A DNA stretch of 63,461 nucleotides, from assembly GCA_030538215.1 (NCBI GenBank), contig JAUNUM010000001.1, positions 1 through 63,461 of the forward strand. The letters are read 5' to 3'. The notes under the pieces are model-generated. The model was given only the letters and a program-made list of their open reading frames with translations. It was not told where the DNA came from and made no database searches. The stretch is from Bacteroidia bacterium. Lineage in GTDB: Bacteria; Bacteroidota; Bacteroidia; Bacteroidales; Dysgonomonadaceae. Both the position numbers and the translations under genes were made by a program. Positions 28,656 to 39,123 of this stretch are shown here, in pieces (position 1 is the first letter of the stretch; every line of letters begins with the position of its first letter).

Positions 28656-29684
28656 TTAGTAATTAGTAATTTCTTTTTCCATTTCCTTTTTATCGGGAAG
28701 CGGATCGGGTTCACGCGTTTGATTGACAAAGAAATAAGCATTCATCAAACTCAAATCGTTTTCGTCCGCATACGGTTTATGTTTCGCGAACTTCACCATA
28801 TCGGCCACCGAAAGAATCTGAGCCAGGTTGTTGTAAACGGAATCATCTTCCGATTTTTTTCTTATTTCGTTCAGAATTTCGCCCGAAGTCATTTCCATGG
28901 CGTTTATCCTGTATCGTTCAAACATATAGTTACGCAAAACATCGGTAATCTTCGTGTAAAACTCTTTCTCTCTGCCTTCCTGTTGCCAGATTTTCTCGGC
29001 TTTCAGTTTATCCAGTTCCTGAATAGCGCGAACATGTGGCGGCAATACTACCGGCGGAGTAAAGAAGTATCCTTTTTTCTTCTTCCGCAGAACGAGTATG
29101 ATAATCAATCCAATCAGCAACAGAAGAAGGATGAAACCGAGCACTATCCACAAAATCCAGAGATAATCGGTCCATACGAATGACGGTTTCTGTACCGGTT
29201 TTATATCATTAAGCTGAAGTTGCTGAAAATCGATGGAATCGGTTTGTCCAGTGTTCAGCTTTTCCAGATAGGCCACGGTAGAGTCTTTCAGCACGGGCGA
29301 TGTTACTTTCAGTCCAAAAGAATTGGAAAAGATAGTATCGGTTCCGTCGAAAATAGGCATGTTCGGAATATAGTATAACGTAGAATCGAACGATGTCACC
29401 ACGTACTTGAAATTCATTGTAGCCACGTTGTTTTCGATAACCGTATCCGGCGGAAGCATTGTCAGAACTTCCAGTCCGGGAATAATTTCTTTCTGGTAAA
29501 CAGGAAATTGGATGGTTTTATCTTTTGGAGCAATAACTTTCAGGTTGATAAGCGCCTGTTCGCCAATCTGTATTTCGGCGGGCTGAACGGTCGCCTGCAC
29601 CGATGCGCGTTGTGCAAAAGTCCAGTGCATGGTGCTTATCAGCAAAAAAAGCGGTAAAATTATATGTAGAATCTTGTTTTGCAC
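28656..29684 (-). CDS. hypothetical membrane protein of the bat cluster
   Basis: Signal peptide plus a central TM helix (WILWIVLGFILLLLLIGLIIILVLRKKKKG). No catalytic motif. Confidence 0.45.
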   Translation of the reverse strand: MQNKILHIILPLFLLISTMHWTFAQRASVQATVQPAEIQIGEQALINLKVIAPKDKTIQFPVYQKEIIPGLEVLTMLPPDTVIENNVATMNFKYVVTSFDSTLYYIPNMPIFDGTDTIFSNSFGLKVTSPVLKDSTVAYLEKLNTGQTDSIDFQQLQLNDIKPVQKPSFVWTDYLWILWIVLGFILLLLLIGLIIILVLRKKKKGYFFTPPVVLPPHVRAIQELDKLKAEKIWQQEGREKEFYTKITDVLRNYMFERYRINAMEMTSGEILNEIRKKSEDDSVYNNLAQILSVADMVKFAKHKPYADENDLSLMNAYFFVNQTREPDPLPDKKEMEKEITNY

Positions 29685-29718
29685 TTAATGAATTCTTCCT
29701 ATATTTATTATTCACTAA

Positions 29719-29742
29719 AGACGGAGCACGCTCCGTCTCTAC
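29719..29742. repeat. palindrome-family copy overlapping the DUF58 stop
   Basis: agacggagc-ac-gctccgtctctac, nested inside an outer aaagacg / cgtcttt stem. Confidence 0.6.
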
Positions 29743-30626
29743 CGGCGTCTTTGAAATAACAGCAACAATGCTTTTGCGTAATCATCCTCGGTTGAAACGG
29801 ACACGCTATCCACACTGCTTTGTTTGAACGTAGTCAGCATTTCTCTCTGTCGGTCTTGCCACCATTTGGCGTAATCGTTTCTCACCCGTTTCGACGATGT
29901 ATCAATCCACGTTTCACGACCTGTTTCGGGGTCTTTTATCTTCATCAATCCCAACGACGGCAATTGCGTACCAAGTTTATCGTAAACCTGAATGGCAACA
30001 ACGTCGTGCTTTCGGTTAGCTATGCGAAGCGACGGTTTGTAATCGCCAGTATCGATAAAATCGGAGATCAGGAACGTAGTGCAGCGTTTTTTAATGGCGT
30101 TGGTCATGTAACGCAATGCCATGTTAATATCGGTTCCGTTGCTTTCGGGTTCGAAGCCCAGAATTTCACGAATAATGAAGAGTATATGTTTTTTCCCTTT
30201 TTGGGGTGGAATAAATTTCTCCACTTTATCGGAAAAGAAGATTACGCCGATTTTATCGTTGTTCTGGATGGCTGAAAACGCCAATGTTGCGGCGATTTCG
30301 GCTACAATGTCTCGTTTTATTTTTTCCGACGAGCCAAAGCTTAAACTTTCCGATACATCGATAAGCAACATCACCGTTAACTCACGCTCTTCTTCAAAGA
30401 TTTTCACGTAAGGACGGTTGTATCGGGCGGTAACGTTCCAGTCGATATCGCGCATATCGTCGCCGTACTGGTATTCGCGAACTTCGGAAAACGCCATACC
30501 ACGACCTTTAAAAGCAGAATGGTACTGTCCCGCGAAGATGTTTCGCGACAATCCACGTGCTTTTATTTCAATATGTCGTACCTTTTTTAGTAGTTCGCTG
30601 GTTTCCATAAGTTGGCTGTTGGCCAT
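29739..30626 (-). CDS. DUF58 family protein (vWA-like), MoxR partner
   Basis: Position directly downstream of the MoxR ATPase, as in bat clusters. A heptad repeat overlaps the start, so the true start is possibly at the internal M (METSELL). Confidence 0.6.
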   Translation of the reverse strand: MANSQLMETSELLKKVRHIEIKARGLSRNIFAGQYHSAFKGRGMAFSEVREYQYGDDMRDIDWNVTARYNRPYVKIFEEERELTVMLLIDVSESLSFGSSEKIKRDIVAEIAATLAFSAIQNNDKIGVIFFSDKVEKFIPPQKGKKHILFIIREILGFEPESNGTDINMALRYMTNAIKKRCTTFLISDFIDTGDYKPSLRIANRKHDVVAIQVYDKLGTQLPSLGLMKIKDPETGRETWIDTSSKRVRNDYAKWWQDRQREMLTTFKQSSVDSVSVSTEDDYAKALLLLFQRRR

Positions 30627-30660
30627 TAGCTATTAGCTGTTGGCTGTTACGTGGAAATGA
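30611..30660 (-). repeat. heptad tandem repeat (AACAGCC type) spanning the annotated DUF58 start codon
   Basis: In the coding direction: AACAGCC AACAGCT AATAGCT AATGGCC AACAGCC AAC. An inverted partner array lies at 30737-30766 and overlaps the moxR stop. Confidence 0.6.
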
Positions 30661-30762
30661 TTATCATTTCGGCTACTAATCTTATTTTTCATTTTGTTGA
30701 TTCCTATCACCCAACTTCAATTAATTCTGCTTCCGTGCCAATAGCTAAAAGCCAATAGCTGA

Positions 30763-31758
<996 letters not shown>

Positions 31759-31799
31759 ATTATTTATTTGTTAAAATTGGTCTTCCAGTTTTCGAAACA

Positions 31800-31807
31800 C
31801 AAAAATA
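31800..31807 (-). promoter_or_regulatory. candidate -7 element (TATTTTTG on the minus strand) for the moxR-bat operon
   Basis: The reverse complement of caaaaata matches TAnnTTTG, about 42 bp upstream of the moxR start. Confidence 0.3.
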
Positions 31808-31875
31808 GGAAATGTTAAAACGTTTTGACCAATTTGGCAGTTAAAAATGTTTAAGGGTAGGGAGTTGGGATTTGC

Positions 31876-31897
31876 AGAGACGGTGTACACACCGTCT
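31876..31897. repeat. palindrome-family copy between lipB and moxR
   Basis: agagacggtgtacacaccgtct. Confidence 0.6.
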
Positions 31898-31907
31898 TTA
31901 CGATGAA

Positions 31908-32606
31908 TTATTTTTCTTGATGGGAGTAGTTCATCCCAAAAACATCCATAAAAGCCTGCTTCATTCTATCTGAAACTTCCTGAAAATCTACTTCTCTGCC
32001 CAATTCTTTCTGCATGGAAGTAACGGCACGATCGGTAAATCCGCAGGGATTGATATAGTTGAAATAGGATAAATCGGTATTTACATTGAGCGCCAGACCG
32101 TGCATGGTTACAAAGCGGCTTGTGCGTACACCAATGGCACAAATTTTTCGTGCTTTGGCAGGATGTTGCGCATCAATCCAAACGCCCATGGCTTTTTCGT
32201 CTTTTTCGCCGATAATACCATAAAATTGAAGTGTTTGAATAACCACATCTTCCAGTTTCTGAATATACGACTTTACACCTACGTGAAATTCCTCCATATC
32301 GATGATGGGATATGCCACCAATTGTCCCGGCCCGTGGAAAGTAATATCGCCTCCGCGATCGATAGGATAATAGTCGATATTTTTGCTTTTGCACACGTGT
32401 TCTGCTATAAGTAGGTTTTGCGCGTTACCGCTTTTACCCAACGTATAAACCGGTTCGTGTTCGCAAAAAAGCAAATACTGTGGTTTGGACTCAATATGAT
32501 TATTTTTTGCATCTACTACCGAATCAAACATTTTTTCTTGCAAGTCCCACGCTTCTTTGTAGCGGATACGCCCAAGATTTTGGAAAGTGACTTTTTTATT
32601 GTTCAT
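31908..32606 (-). CDS. lipB: lipoyl(octanoyl) transferase LipB
   Basis: VTFQNLGRIRYKEAWDLQ and the conserved octanoyltransferase core. The ORF-track start at 32636 is a GTG inside the intergenic palindrome; I prefer the ATG at 32606. Confidence 0.8.
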   Translation of the reverse strand: MNNKKVTFQNLGRIRYKEAWDLQEKMFDSVVDAKNNHIESKPQYLLFCEHEPVYTLGKSGNAQNLLIAEHVCKSKNIDYYPIDRGGDITFHGPGQLVAYPIIDMEEFHVGVKSYIQKLEDVVIQTLQFYGIIGEKDEKAMGVWIDAQHPAKARKICAIGVRTSRFVTMHGLALNVNTDLSYFNYINPCGFTDRAVTSMQKELGREVDFQEVSDRMKQAFMDVFGMNYSHQEK

Positions 32607-32624
32607 ATTAATGATGTTGATTAT

Positions 32625-32652
32625 GTAGAGACACACGGCCGTGTGTCTCTAC
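32625..32652. repeat. perfect 28-bp palindrome between the lipA stop and lipB start (variant of the GC-rich palindrome family)
   Basis: gtagagacacacggccgtgtgtctctac is its own reverse complement. Confidence 0.8.
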
Positions 32653-32668
32653 GTGACCGCATAATATT

Positions 32669-33514
32669 TTAAACGTGTCTTTCTGCTCTGTATGAAGAGC
32701 GCACTAGCGGACCACTTTCTACAATTTCGAATCCCTTTTCCAATCCTATTTTCTTATATTCTCTAAATTGCTCCGGCTTAACGAATTCGCTTACGGGAAG
32801 ATGATTTCGAGTAGGTTGCAGATATTGCCCAATAGTCAAAACTTTGCAGCCTACGGCTCTCAAGTCATCCATAGTTTCAATAACCTCATCGGGAGTTTCT
32901 CCCAAACCGACCATAATTCCCGATTTTGGTTTACTTTTATTGCTTTGCGCAACCACACTAATAGTTTTAAGACTTATATCGTATTTAGCACGACTGCGTA
33001 CAAGCGGCGTAAGCCGACGAACAGTTTCCATATTGTGCGAAATTATTTCCGGACCGGCATCGATAACTTGGTTGATGAGATCGGCTTTACCTAAGAAATC
33101 AGGAATTAGAGTCTCCAGCGTGATGCCGGGATTTTTTTTCTTGACGTATCTTATGGTTTCCGCCCAAAATCCGGCGCCGTAATCCCTAAGATCATCTCTA
33201 TCTACACTTGTCAGCACGCAATGCTTTAAGTTCATTTTCGAGATGGTATCGGCCAGTCTATCCAGTTCGTCCCAGTCAACGGGTAACGGTTTTCCGGTTT
33301 TGGTAGCGCAAAATTTACACGATCTTGTACAAATTTCTCCCAAAATCATAAATGTAGCCGTTCCATGTCCCCAGCATTCTGCTAAATTCGGACATTTCCC
33401 GCTCACACAAATAGTGTGCAGCTTGTTTTTCGCTATAATTTCTTTTATATCGAGATATTGTTTCCCTTGTGGCAGTTCAATCTTCAGCCAATCGGGTTTT
33501 CTTTGAGTTTGCAT
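32669..33514 (-). CDS. lipA: lipoyl synthase LipA
   Basis: Radical-SAM CxxxCxxC motif (CTRSCKFC) and the auxiliary-cluster motif CPNLAECW. Confidence 0.9.
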   Translation of the reverse strand: MQTQRKPDWLKIELPQGKQYLDIKEIIAKNKLHTICVSGKCPNLAECWGHGTATFMILGEICTRSCKFCATKTGKPLPVDWDELDRLADTISKMNLKHCVLTSVDRDDLRDYGAGFWAETIRYVKKKNPGITLETLIPDFLGKADLINQVIDAGPEIISHNMETVRRLTPLVRSRAKYDISLKTISVVAQSNKSKPKSGIMVGLGETPDEVIETMDDLRAVGCKVLTIGQYLQPTRNHLPVSEFVKPEQFREYKKIGLEKGFEIVESGPLVRSSYRAERHV

Positions 33515-33608
33515 AATGTTATATGGTTTTTCTTTGCTATGATTAATAAAATGCAGTGCAAAAATAGCATTTTATTTCAATATGCACCAAGAGAGCTTAA
33601 TTTAAAAC

Positions 33609-33640
33609 AGAAAAAGCCGGAACTAATTCCAGCTTTTCAC
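33609..33640 (-). terminator. rho-independent terminator after the flotillin gene
   Basis: On the minus strand: aagctggaa-ttag-ttccggctt hairpin followed by a U-run. Confidence 0.5.
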
Positions 33641-33658
33641 ATTATAATTTTGAAAAAA

Positions 33659-35137
33659 TCACTCTTTTTCGGGTGTTTGTTTTTTTGATGATTCTTTCAC
33701 TATTTCGACATCAGAAACAGTTTTAGCTTCTTCACCTTTCAGATACGACGGCAATTGCATTCCTGCCATATTGAACAAATCGTTCAGCGGTGGAACAGTT
33801 TTCATTAATCCCGATAAAAAATTGGCAGTAGAGCCTTTTCCATCGGCATTGTTTCCGGAATCCCAAACAGTAACTTTATCGAACTTGATGTTTTTAACCG
33901 CTTCCACTTGAGTTTTAACCAATTCCGGTAATTTCTCAATCATCAGCAATTGATAAGCCTTATCCGGATTGCCTCCAGCCGCTTTCACCACATCGGCATA
34001 ACCCTGCGCTTGTTTGTTCAGAATTTCAAATAAACCACGCGCCTCGGCATCCATTTTTGCAAAGATAGCATCGGCCTCTCCTTTCGCTTGAACACGAATA
34101 CGTTCAGCTTCGGCTTCCGCATCAATAATAGCTTTCTGCTTGGCAATTTCCGCAGGAACCACAATATTTGCTTTCTCTGTAGAACGTTCACGCTCAGCAC
34201 GAGCAGTTTCGGCCAATTCTTGTGCTTTGTAAGCTTCTTCCATGGCACGTGCTTCTTGCACTTTTTCGGCAGCGATGGCAAGACGTTGAGCTTCGGCTTC
34301 TTTTTCACGACGCAAAGCATCGGATTTGGCGATGGTAATCTTTGCTGTGTTTTCTCCTTCTACTGCCGTGGCATTCGCTTCAGCAACTCTTACACGGGTA
34401 ACTTTATCGGCATCGGCTTTTCCGATGGATTCGTCACGCATGGCAAGTGCGATATTCACTTCACGATCTTTATCGGCCAACGCTTTTCCGGTTTCACCGA
34501 TTTTTTCTTGTTCGGCAACACTTATTTTTGCTTCGTTAATGGCTTTTGCCGCTGCTTCTTTTCCTAAGGCCTCAATGTAGCCAGACTCATCGCGGATATC
34601 GGTAACGTTTACGTTGATAAGCTTTAAGCCCACTTTTTTTAGTTCAGAATCAACCGTTTTGGAGATGGCATCAAGAAACTTGTCGCGGTCGGAGTTAATT
34701 TCTTCAATAGACATGGTGGCAATAACCAAACGCAATTGTCCGAAAAGTATATCGGAGGCCAGTTCACGAATTTGATCGGGTTTTAGCCCCAACAGTCTTT
34801 CGGCGGCAGTATTCATTAATTCCGGCTCCGAAGAAATAGCAATGGTGAAACGCGACGGCACATCTACACGAATATTTTGCCGACTTAGCGCATTAGTTAA
34901 ATTCGCTTCGATAGAAAGCGGTTTTAAATCCAAATAAGCAAAGTCCTGAATAACCGGCCAGATAAAAGCTCCGCCACCGTGAATACATCGGGCAGAAGAA
35001 CCTCCGGTTTTGCCGTAAACCACAAGAATTTTATCGGACGGACAACGTTTGAAGCGCGATACAATGGCTAGAATAGTAACAATAATAACTACTACCAGCA
35101 CCACAATTAAAAGAACGGAAGATGTTTCGAAAGGCAT
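33659..35137 (-). CDS. flotillin-like SPFH/band-7 protein (YqiK/FloA type)
   Basis: N-terminal TM helix, SPFH domain, and a long Ala/Glu-rich coiled coil (AEAEAERIRVQAKGEADA). Confidence 0.75.
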   Translation of the reverse strand: MPFETSSVLLIVVLVVVIIVTILAIVSRFKRCPSDKILVVYGKTGGSSARCIHGGGAFIWPVIQDFAYLDLKPLSIEANLTNALSRQNIRVDVPSRFTIAISSEPELMNTAAERLLGLKPDQIRELASDILFGQLRLVIATMSIEEINSDRDKFLDAISKTVDSELKKVGLKLINVNVTDIRDESGYIEALGKEAAAKAINEAKISVAEQEKIGETGKALADKDREVNIALAMRDESIGKADADKVTRVRVAEANATAVEGENTAKITIAKSDALRREKEAEAQRLAIAAEKVQEARAMEEAYKAQELAETARAERERSTEKANIVVPAEIAKQKAIIDAEAEAERIRVQAKGEADAIFAKMDAEARGLFEILNKQAQGYADVVKAAGGNPDKAYQLLMIEKLPELVKTQVEAVKNIKFDKVTVWDSGNNADGKGSTANFLSGLMKTVPPLNDLFNMAGMQLPSYLKGEEAKTVSDVEIVKESSKKQTPEKE

Positions 35138-35144
35138 AATAATT

Positions 35145-35714
35145 TTAGATTTTTTCGACGATTAATATGTTATTATTTTCAATTTTTACAACTTTTACAG
35201 AGGCTGTATTGTGCAGAGAATCGACATCTTCTGTCATAGCATCTAATTCACGAACCGAACCGCCTACACTAACCAACACTTTACCTTTTCCATTTCGGTT
35301 AGCAGGAATAGTTAAGTAAACTTCGGCAGTTTTATTTAACGCTTCATCCATTTTGAATGAACCATCGTGAGATAAGCGTAGAAGCTGACGAAGAATGATA
35401 TAAAAGAGAATTACAAAAGCAATTCCTATCAATACGCACAGCACAATTAGCAGCGTTTTATTCGCAATTGAAGTGTAAAGAGCAATTCCACCCCAACTAA
35501 AACCGATTAGAAAATTAACAAGGCTTCGCAACGAGAAAAGATCTCCCAACGAATCCCCAAAACCGGCATCAGCATCCATATCCACTGAGATATCTCCCAT
35601 GTCGCCGCCACCAACAAAAGTCATGACAGTTTGAATAATGAAGAACAAACTCACGGGAATAGCGATATACCAAAAGGTTCGCAATAAAGGTTCGAGATTT
35701 TGTAGTATTTCCAT
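35145..35714 (-). CDS. NfeD-like/YqiJ family membrane protein (flotillin partner)
   Basis: Several TM helices plus a C-terminal OB-fold-like segment. It sits immediately downstream of the flotillin gene, as in the yqiJK arrangement. Confidence 0.5.
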   Translation of the reverse strand: MEILQNLEPLLRTFWYIAIPVSLFFIIQTVMTFVGGGDMGDISVDMDADAGFGDSLGDLFSLRSLVNFLIGFSWGGIALYTSIANKTLLIVLCVLIGIAFVILFYIILRQLLRLSHDGSFKMDEALNKTAEVYLTIPANRNGKGKVLVSVGGSVRELDAMTEDVDSLHNTASVKVVKIENNNILIVEKI

Positions 35715-35910
35715 AAGGCGTTGTATTTGTTTCCAAAATTAGCAAATAAATTTAGAATACAAACGTTTTTGATAATGTTTTTGGTCTGAAGTTAAAATCC
35801 TAAAATTTTGATAATCCATTAAAAGGAATTACTTTTAGGTGCTTCTTCAAGAATATTTTTCTTATTTTTGCATGGCAAAAGAAGATAATTTATACAAAAA
35901 GTAGAAATTA

Positions 35911-36939
35911 ATGTATAAAAAGATTGCGCTGTTGTTGCTTCTTGCCGTTGTTATAGCTTCGTGTGGAGCAAGAAAAACAGCAACAACTTCCACAAAGAAT
36001 CTCACAGGTACTCAACAAGATATTATCGATTACGGAATGAAATATCTTAATAAACCGTATCGATATGCCGGAAAAGGGCCGAATGCTTTCGACTGCTCGG
36101 GTTTCACTTCATTTGTGTTCAAAAAATTCGGATTTCACTTAAATCCAAGTTCAACCGGACAAGATAAACAGCTGCCCACGGTTAGAAGAAAAGAGGATTT
36201 GCAAGTAGGTGATCTGGTTTTTTTTGAAGGACGATCACATAATGGGAGAGTTGGACACGTGGGGATTGTAAAAGAAATTTTCCCGAACGGTGAGTTTCAA
36301 TTTCTTCACGCTTCAACCTCAAACGGCGTTATTGTATCACGATCTACCGAACCTTATTATGCTTCCCGATATCTGCGTGGAGGAAGAGTTTTACAAGAAA
36401 ATAATCGATTGGCTATAGTCGAAAAAACCCCTGATAAAAAAACAAAAACAACCGATAAACGAAAAAACGCTTTCACTCCGGCAAAAGCCAAAGAACAGAT
36501 AGTAACTAAGGTTCCCAAAACCGAGTTTGAGAAAGAGATGGAAAATGCTATCGCACAAAACCCTGATATTCCTAAGTTGGAAACACCTAAAAGCGATACA
36601 TTGATTATTCACTCTCGCCCTATCGACAAGCCCTTATCGGATTCAACCTCTTCGAAGAAACAATCCGATAAAGAAGTTGATCAATTGGTTGCTCAAGCAA
36701 TAATTCGTACCGATACTACCACGGTACCAAAACCAATTGAAACTAAAATCGCAAATACCGATTCCATTCTTCACGAAGTAAAACCGGGCGAAACGCTCTA
36801 TTCCATCTCTCGGAAATACAACTGTTCAGTAGAGCAAATAAAAGAGTGGAATCCACAGCTTGGGTCTATTCTTAAATCGGGTGATTCACTCAAGATCTAT
36901 CAGCAAGCAACTGAAACACCTAACACAGAAGCAATCTGA
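35911..36939 (+). CDS. NlpC/P60 (C40) peptidoglycan hydrolase with a C-terminal LysM domain
   Basis: Lipoprotein signal. Catalytic Cys context FDCSGFTSFVF. LysM segment VKPGETLYSISRKYNCSVEQIKEWNPQL. Confidence 0.75.
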   Translation: MYKKIALLLLLAVVIASCGARKTATTSTKNLTGTQQDIIDYGMKYLNKPYRYAGKGPNAFDCSGFTSFVFKKFGFHLNPSSTGQDKQLPTVRRKEDLQVGDLVFFEGRSHNGRVGHVGIVKEIFPNGEFQFLHASTSNGVIVSRSTEPYYASRYLRGGRVLQENNRLAIVEKTPDKKTKTTDKRKNAFTPAKAKEQIVTKVPKTEFEKEMENAIAQNPDIPKLETPKSDTLIIHSRPIDKPLSDSTSSKKQSDKEVDQLVAQAIIRTDTTTVPKPIETKIANTDSILHEVKPGETLYSISRKYNCSVEQIKEWNPQLGSILKSGDSLKIYQQATETPNTEAI

Positions 36940-37027
36940 GAAACTGTTTTGAATCCGTCAGAGATCGGACACATCCGTCAAAAGTTGGACAAGTTTTTAT
37001 GAATCTTATTTTATTCTAACTTTTCTG

Positions 37028-37035
37028 TATCTTTG
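37028..37035 (+). promoter_or_regulatory. candidate -7 element (TATCTTTG) for prfB
   Basis: TAnnTTTG lies 22 bp upstream of the ATG at 37057. Confidence 0.4.
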
Positions 37036-37056
37036 TGGCCTTAAAACAATAGAATA

Positions 37057-38167
37057 ATGATTACGATAGACCAACTTAAAGATGTGTTGGAGCGCGAGCA
37101 AGCGCTGAGGGGGTATCTTTGACATCGATGCAAAGACCATTCAACTTGAAGAAGAAGAATTAAAAACACAAGCTCCCGAATTTTGGAACAATAGTAAAAG
37201 TGCCGAAGCGCAAATGAAAATCGTACGCGAACTGAAAGGCTGGCTCAACGCTTACAGCGAAGTAAAGTCGGCAAGCGATGAGTTGCAGTTAGCTTTCGAT
37301 TTTGTAAAAGAGGGCATTGTGTCTGAAGAAGAGTTGGACACTAATTATGCTCAGGTTGTAAAACTCATCGAAAACCTGGAATTGAAAAATATGCTTCGCC
37401 GCGAGGAAGATAAGTTAGGTGCCGTTCTGAAAATAAACGCCGGTGCCGGCGGAACCGAAAGTCAGGATTGGGCTTCAATGCTTTTTCGCATGTATCAGCG
37501 CTGGTGCGAAGATAAAGGATATAAAACTACCGTCACCAATTGGCAAGACGGCGACGATGCCGGAATAAAAACTGCCACATTGCAAGTAGAAGGCGACATA
37601 GCCTACGGCTTTTTAAAAAGTGAAAACGGCGTGCACCGTCTCGTAAGAGTTTCACCATACAATGCACAGGGCAAGCGAATGACATCATTTGCTTCGGTTT
37701 TTATAGTTCCGTTGGTGGATGACAGTATTGAAATTGACGTGAATCCGGCAAACTTATCGTGGGATACATTTCGTTCATCGGGTGCGGGCGGGCAAAATGT
37801 GAACAAAGTAGAAACAGGCGTGCGCTTGCACTACATGCATAAAGATCCCGATACAGGAGCAGAGCAAGAAATTGTTATTGAAAATACTGAAAGCCGATCA
37901 CAACTGGGCAATCGTGAAAATGCCATGCGTTTACTCAAATCACAACTTTACGAAATTGAGCTCGAAAAACGGCGTGCGGCACAAGCACAAATAGAAGCGG
38001 GAAAAAAGAAAATTGAATGGGGTTCGCAAATTCGCAGTTATGTTTTTGACGATCGCCGAGTGAAAGACCACAGAACAAACCACCAAACATCAGACGTAAA
38101 TGGTGTTATGGACGGTGATCTGGACGATTTTATCAAAGCGTATTTAATGGAATTTGGAGGAGAGTAG
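37057..38167 (+). CDS. prfB: peptide chain release factor 2, made by a programmed +1 ribosomal frameshift
   Basis: ORF0 is MITIDQLKDVLEREQALRGYL followed by an in-frame TGA at 37120-37122. The +1 frame continues DIDAKTIQLEEE... into the ORF-track protein (37214..38167, GGQ motif SGAGGQ). The shifty site CTT TGA C is preceded by AGGGGG. Confidence 0.9.
37117..37123 (+). other. RF2 programmed +1 frameshift site (CUU UGA C) with an upstream SD-like AGGGGG
   Basis: Read directly from the sequence; it matches the canonical RF2 autoregulatory frameshift window. Confidence 0.85.
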
Positions 38168-38190
38168 AGACGGTGCATGCACCGTTTTTT
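38164..38190 (+). terminator. terminator for prfB, a member of the GTAGAGACGGTGC palindrome family
   Basis: acggtgcatgcaccgt perfect palindrome followed by a T6 run, directly after the prfB stop. Confidence 0.6.
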
Positions 38191-38242
38191 GGCTGACACA
38201 TAAATATTATGTTCAAATACGGCGCACCATATTTAAACATAT

Positions 38243-38273
38243 AAAAAAGAGACGGTGCGCGCACCGTCTCTAC
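38243..38273 (-). terminator. convergent terminator for the minus-strand gene, same palindrome family
   Basis: AAAAAA-gagacggtgcgcgcaccgtctc on the plus strand gives hairpin + U6 on the minus strand and overlaps the stop of the 38270..39037 gene. Confidence 0.55.
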
Positions 38274-39037
38274 GCGTTTATCGAAAGCCCAAACAACGCA
38301 AAATCGTATTTCACAGGATCTTCCATATCTAATAACCGAAGGTTTTTGGTGAGTTCTAATGCTGTTTTCCAATCGGTTTGTTTGCGTGAAATCAAACCCA
38401 ACCTGCGGGCAGTTCTATCTACATGCACATCTATGGGACAAATTAAATCTTTCGGTTGAATCTTTTCCCACAAACCAAAATCAACACCTTTATTATCCTT
38501 TCGCACCATCCATCTGAGAAACATATTAAGGCGTTTGCAAGTTGAGTTTCGCGCAGGTGTGGCAACATGTTTTTTGGTGCGTTGCGGTGTATGCGGATGA
38601 TTGAAAAAGTTTTGTTCAAAATAAATCAACGAGCTTTCCATATCCATAAATCCCGTTTTGGGAATGAAAGCCTCTTCTAAACTATCGTTTTCCTTATAAT
38701 GCCGATACAGAAAATCCACAAAATACAACAAATCGGTATCATTAAACGTGCGGTGTTTAAATCCCAAAAGTTGTTTTAAATCGTTTTCAGAATGATGTAG
38801 AATAAACTCGTATGGCTTTCCATCGAATCGGTGCGCCAGTTCCATCGATTTTTGAATAATAGTTTTTCGTTGTCCCCAAGCAAATGTGGCGGCAAAAAAG
38901 CCCATAATTTCAATATCTTGTTTTAATGTAAATTGATGTGGCACAAAAATAGGATCGTTATTAATAAGCGACGCTATATTGTAAAAATCGACCTTCTTAT
39001 CGAGAAAATATTTTAAATCTTTTGATAAAATATGCAT
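38270..39037 (-). CDS. conserved hypothetical protein (DUF2400 / TIGR02757-like)
   Basis: Only weak recall of this family from the CPIDVHVDRTARRLGL segment; no catalytic motif recognised. Confidence 0.4.
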   Translation of the reverse strand: MHILSKDLKYFLDKKVDFYNIASLINNDPIFVPHQFTLKQDIEIMGFFAATFAWGQRKTIIQKSMELAHRFDGKPYEFILHHSENDLKQLLGFKHRTFNDTDLLYFVDFLYRHYKENDSLEEAFIPKTGFMDMESSLIYFEQNFFNHPHTPQRTKKHVATPARNSTCKRLNMFLRWMVRKDNKGVDFGLWEKIQPKDLICPIDVHVDRTARRLGLISRKQTDWKTALELTKNLRLLDMEDPVKYDFALFGLSINA

Positions 39038-39123
39038 ATACGTTTAAATAATTCATTGCAAAAGTAACCTTATTTATTAAAAACATCCTAAATTTGCAAA
39101 GTTCAATCCTAATTGTAAACAGT

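Noticed and set aside
32606-32636. ORF-track N-terminal extension of lipB (MCLYIINIIN…) starting at 32636
   Set aside because: That start is a GTG inside the perfect 28-bp intergenic palindrome. The ATG at 32606 gives the conserved LipB N-terminus.
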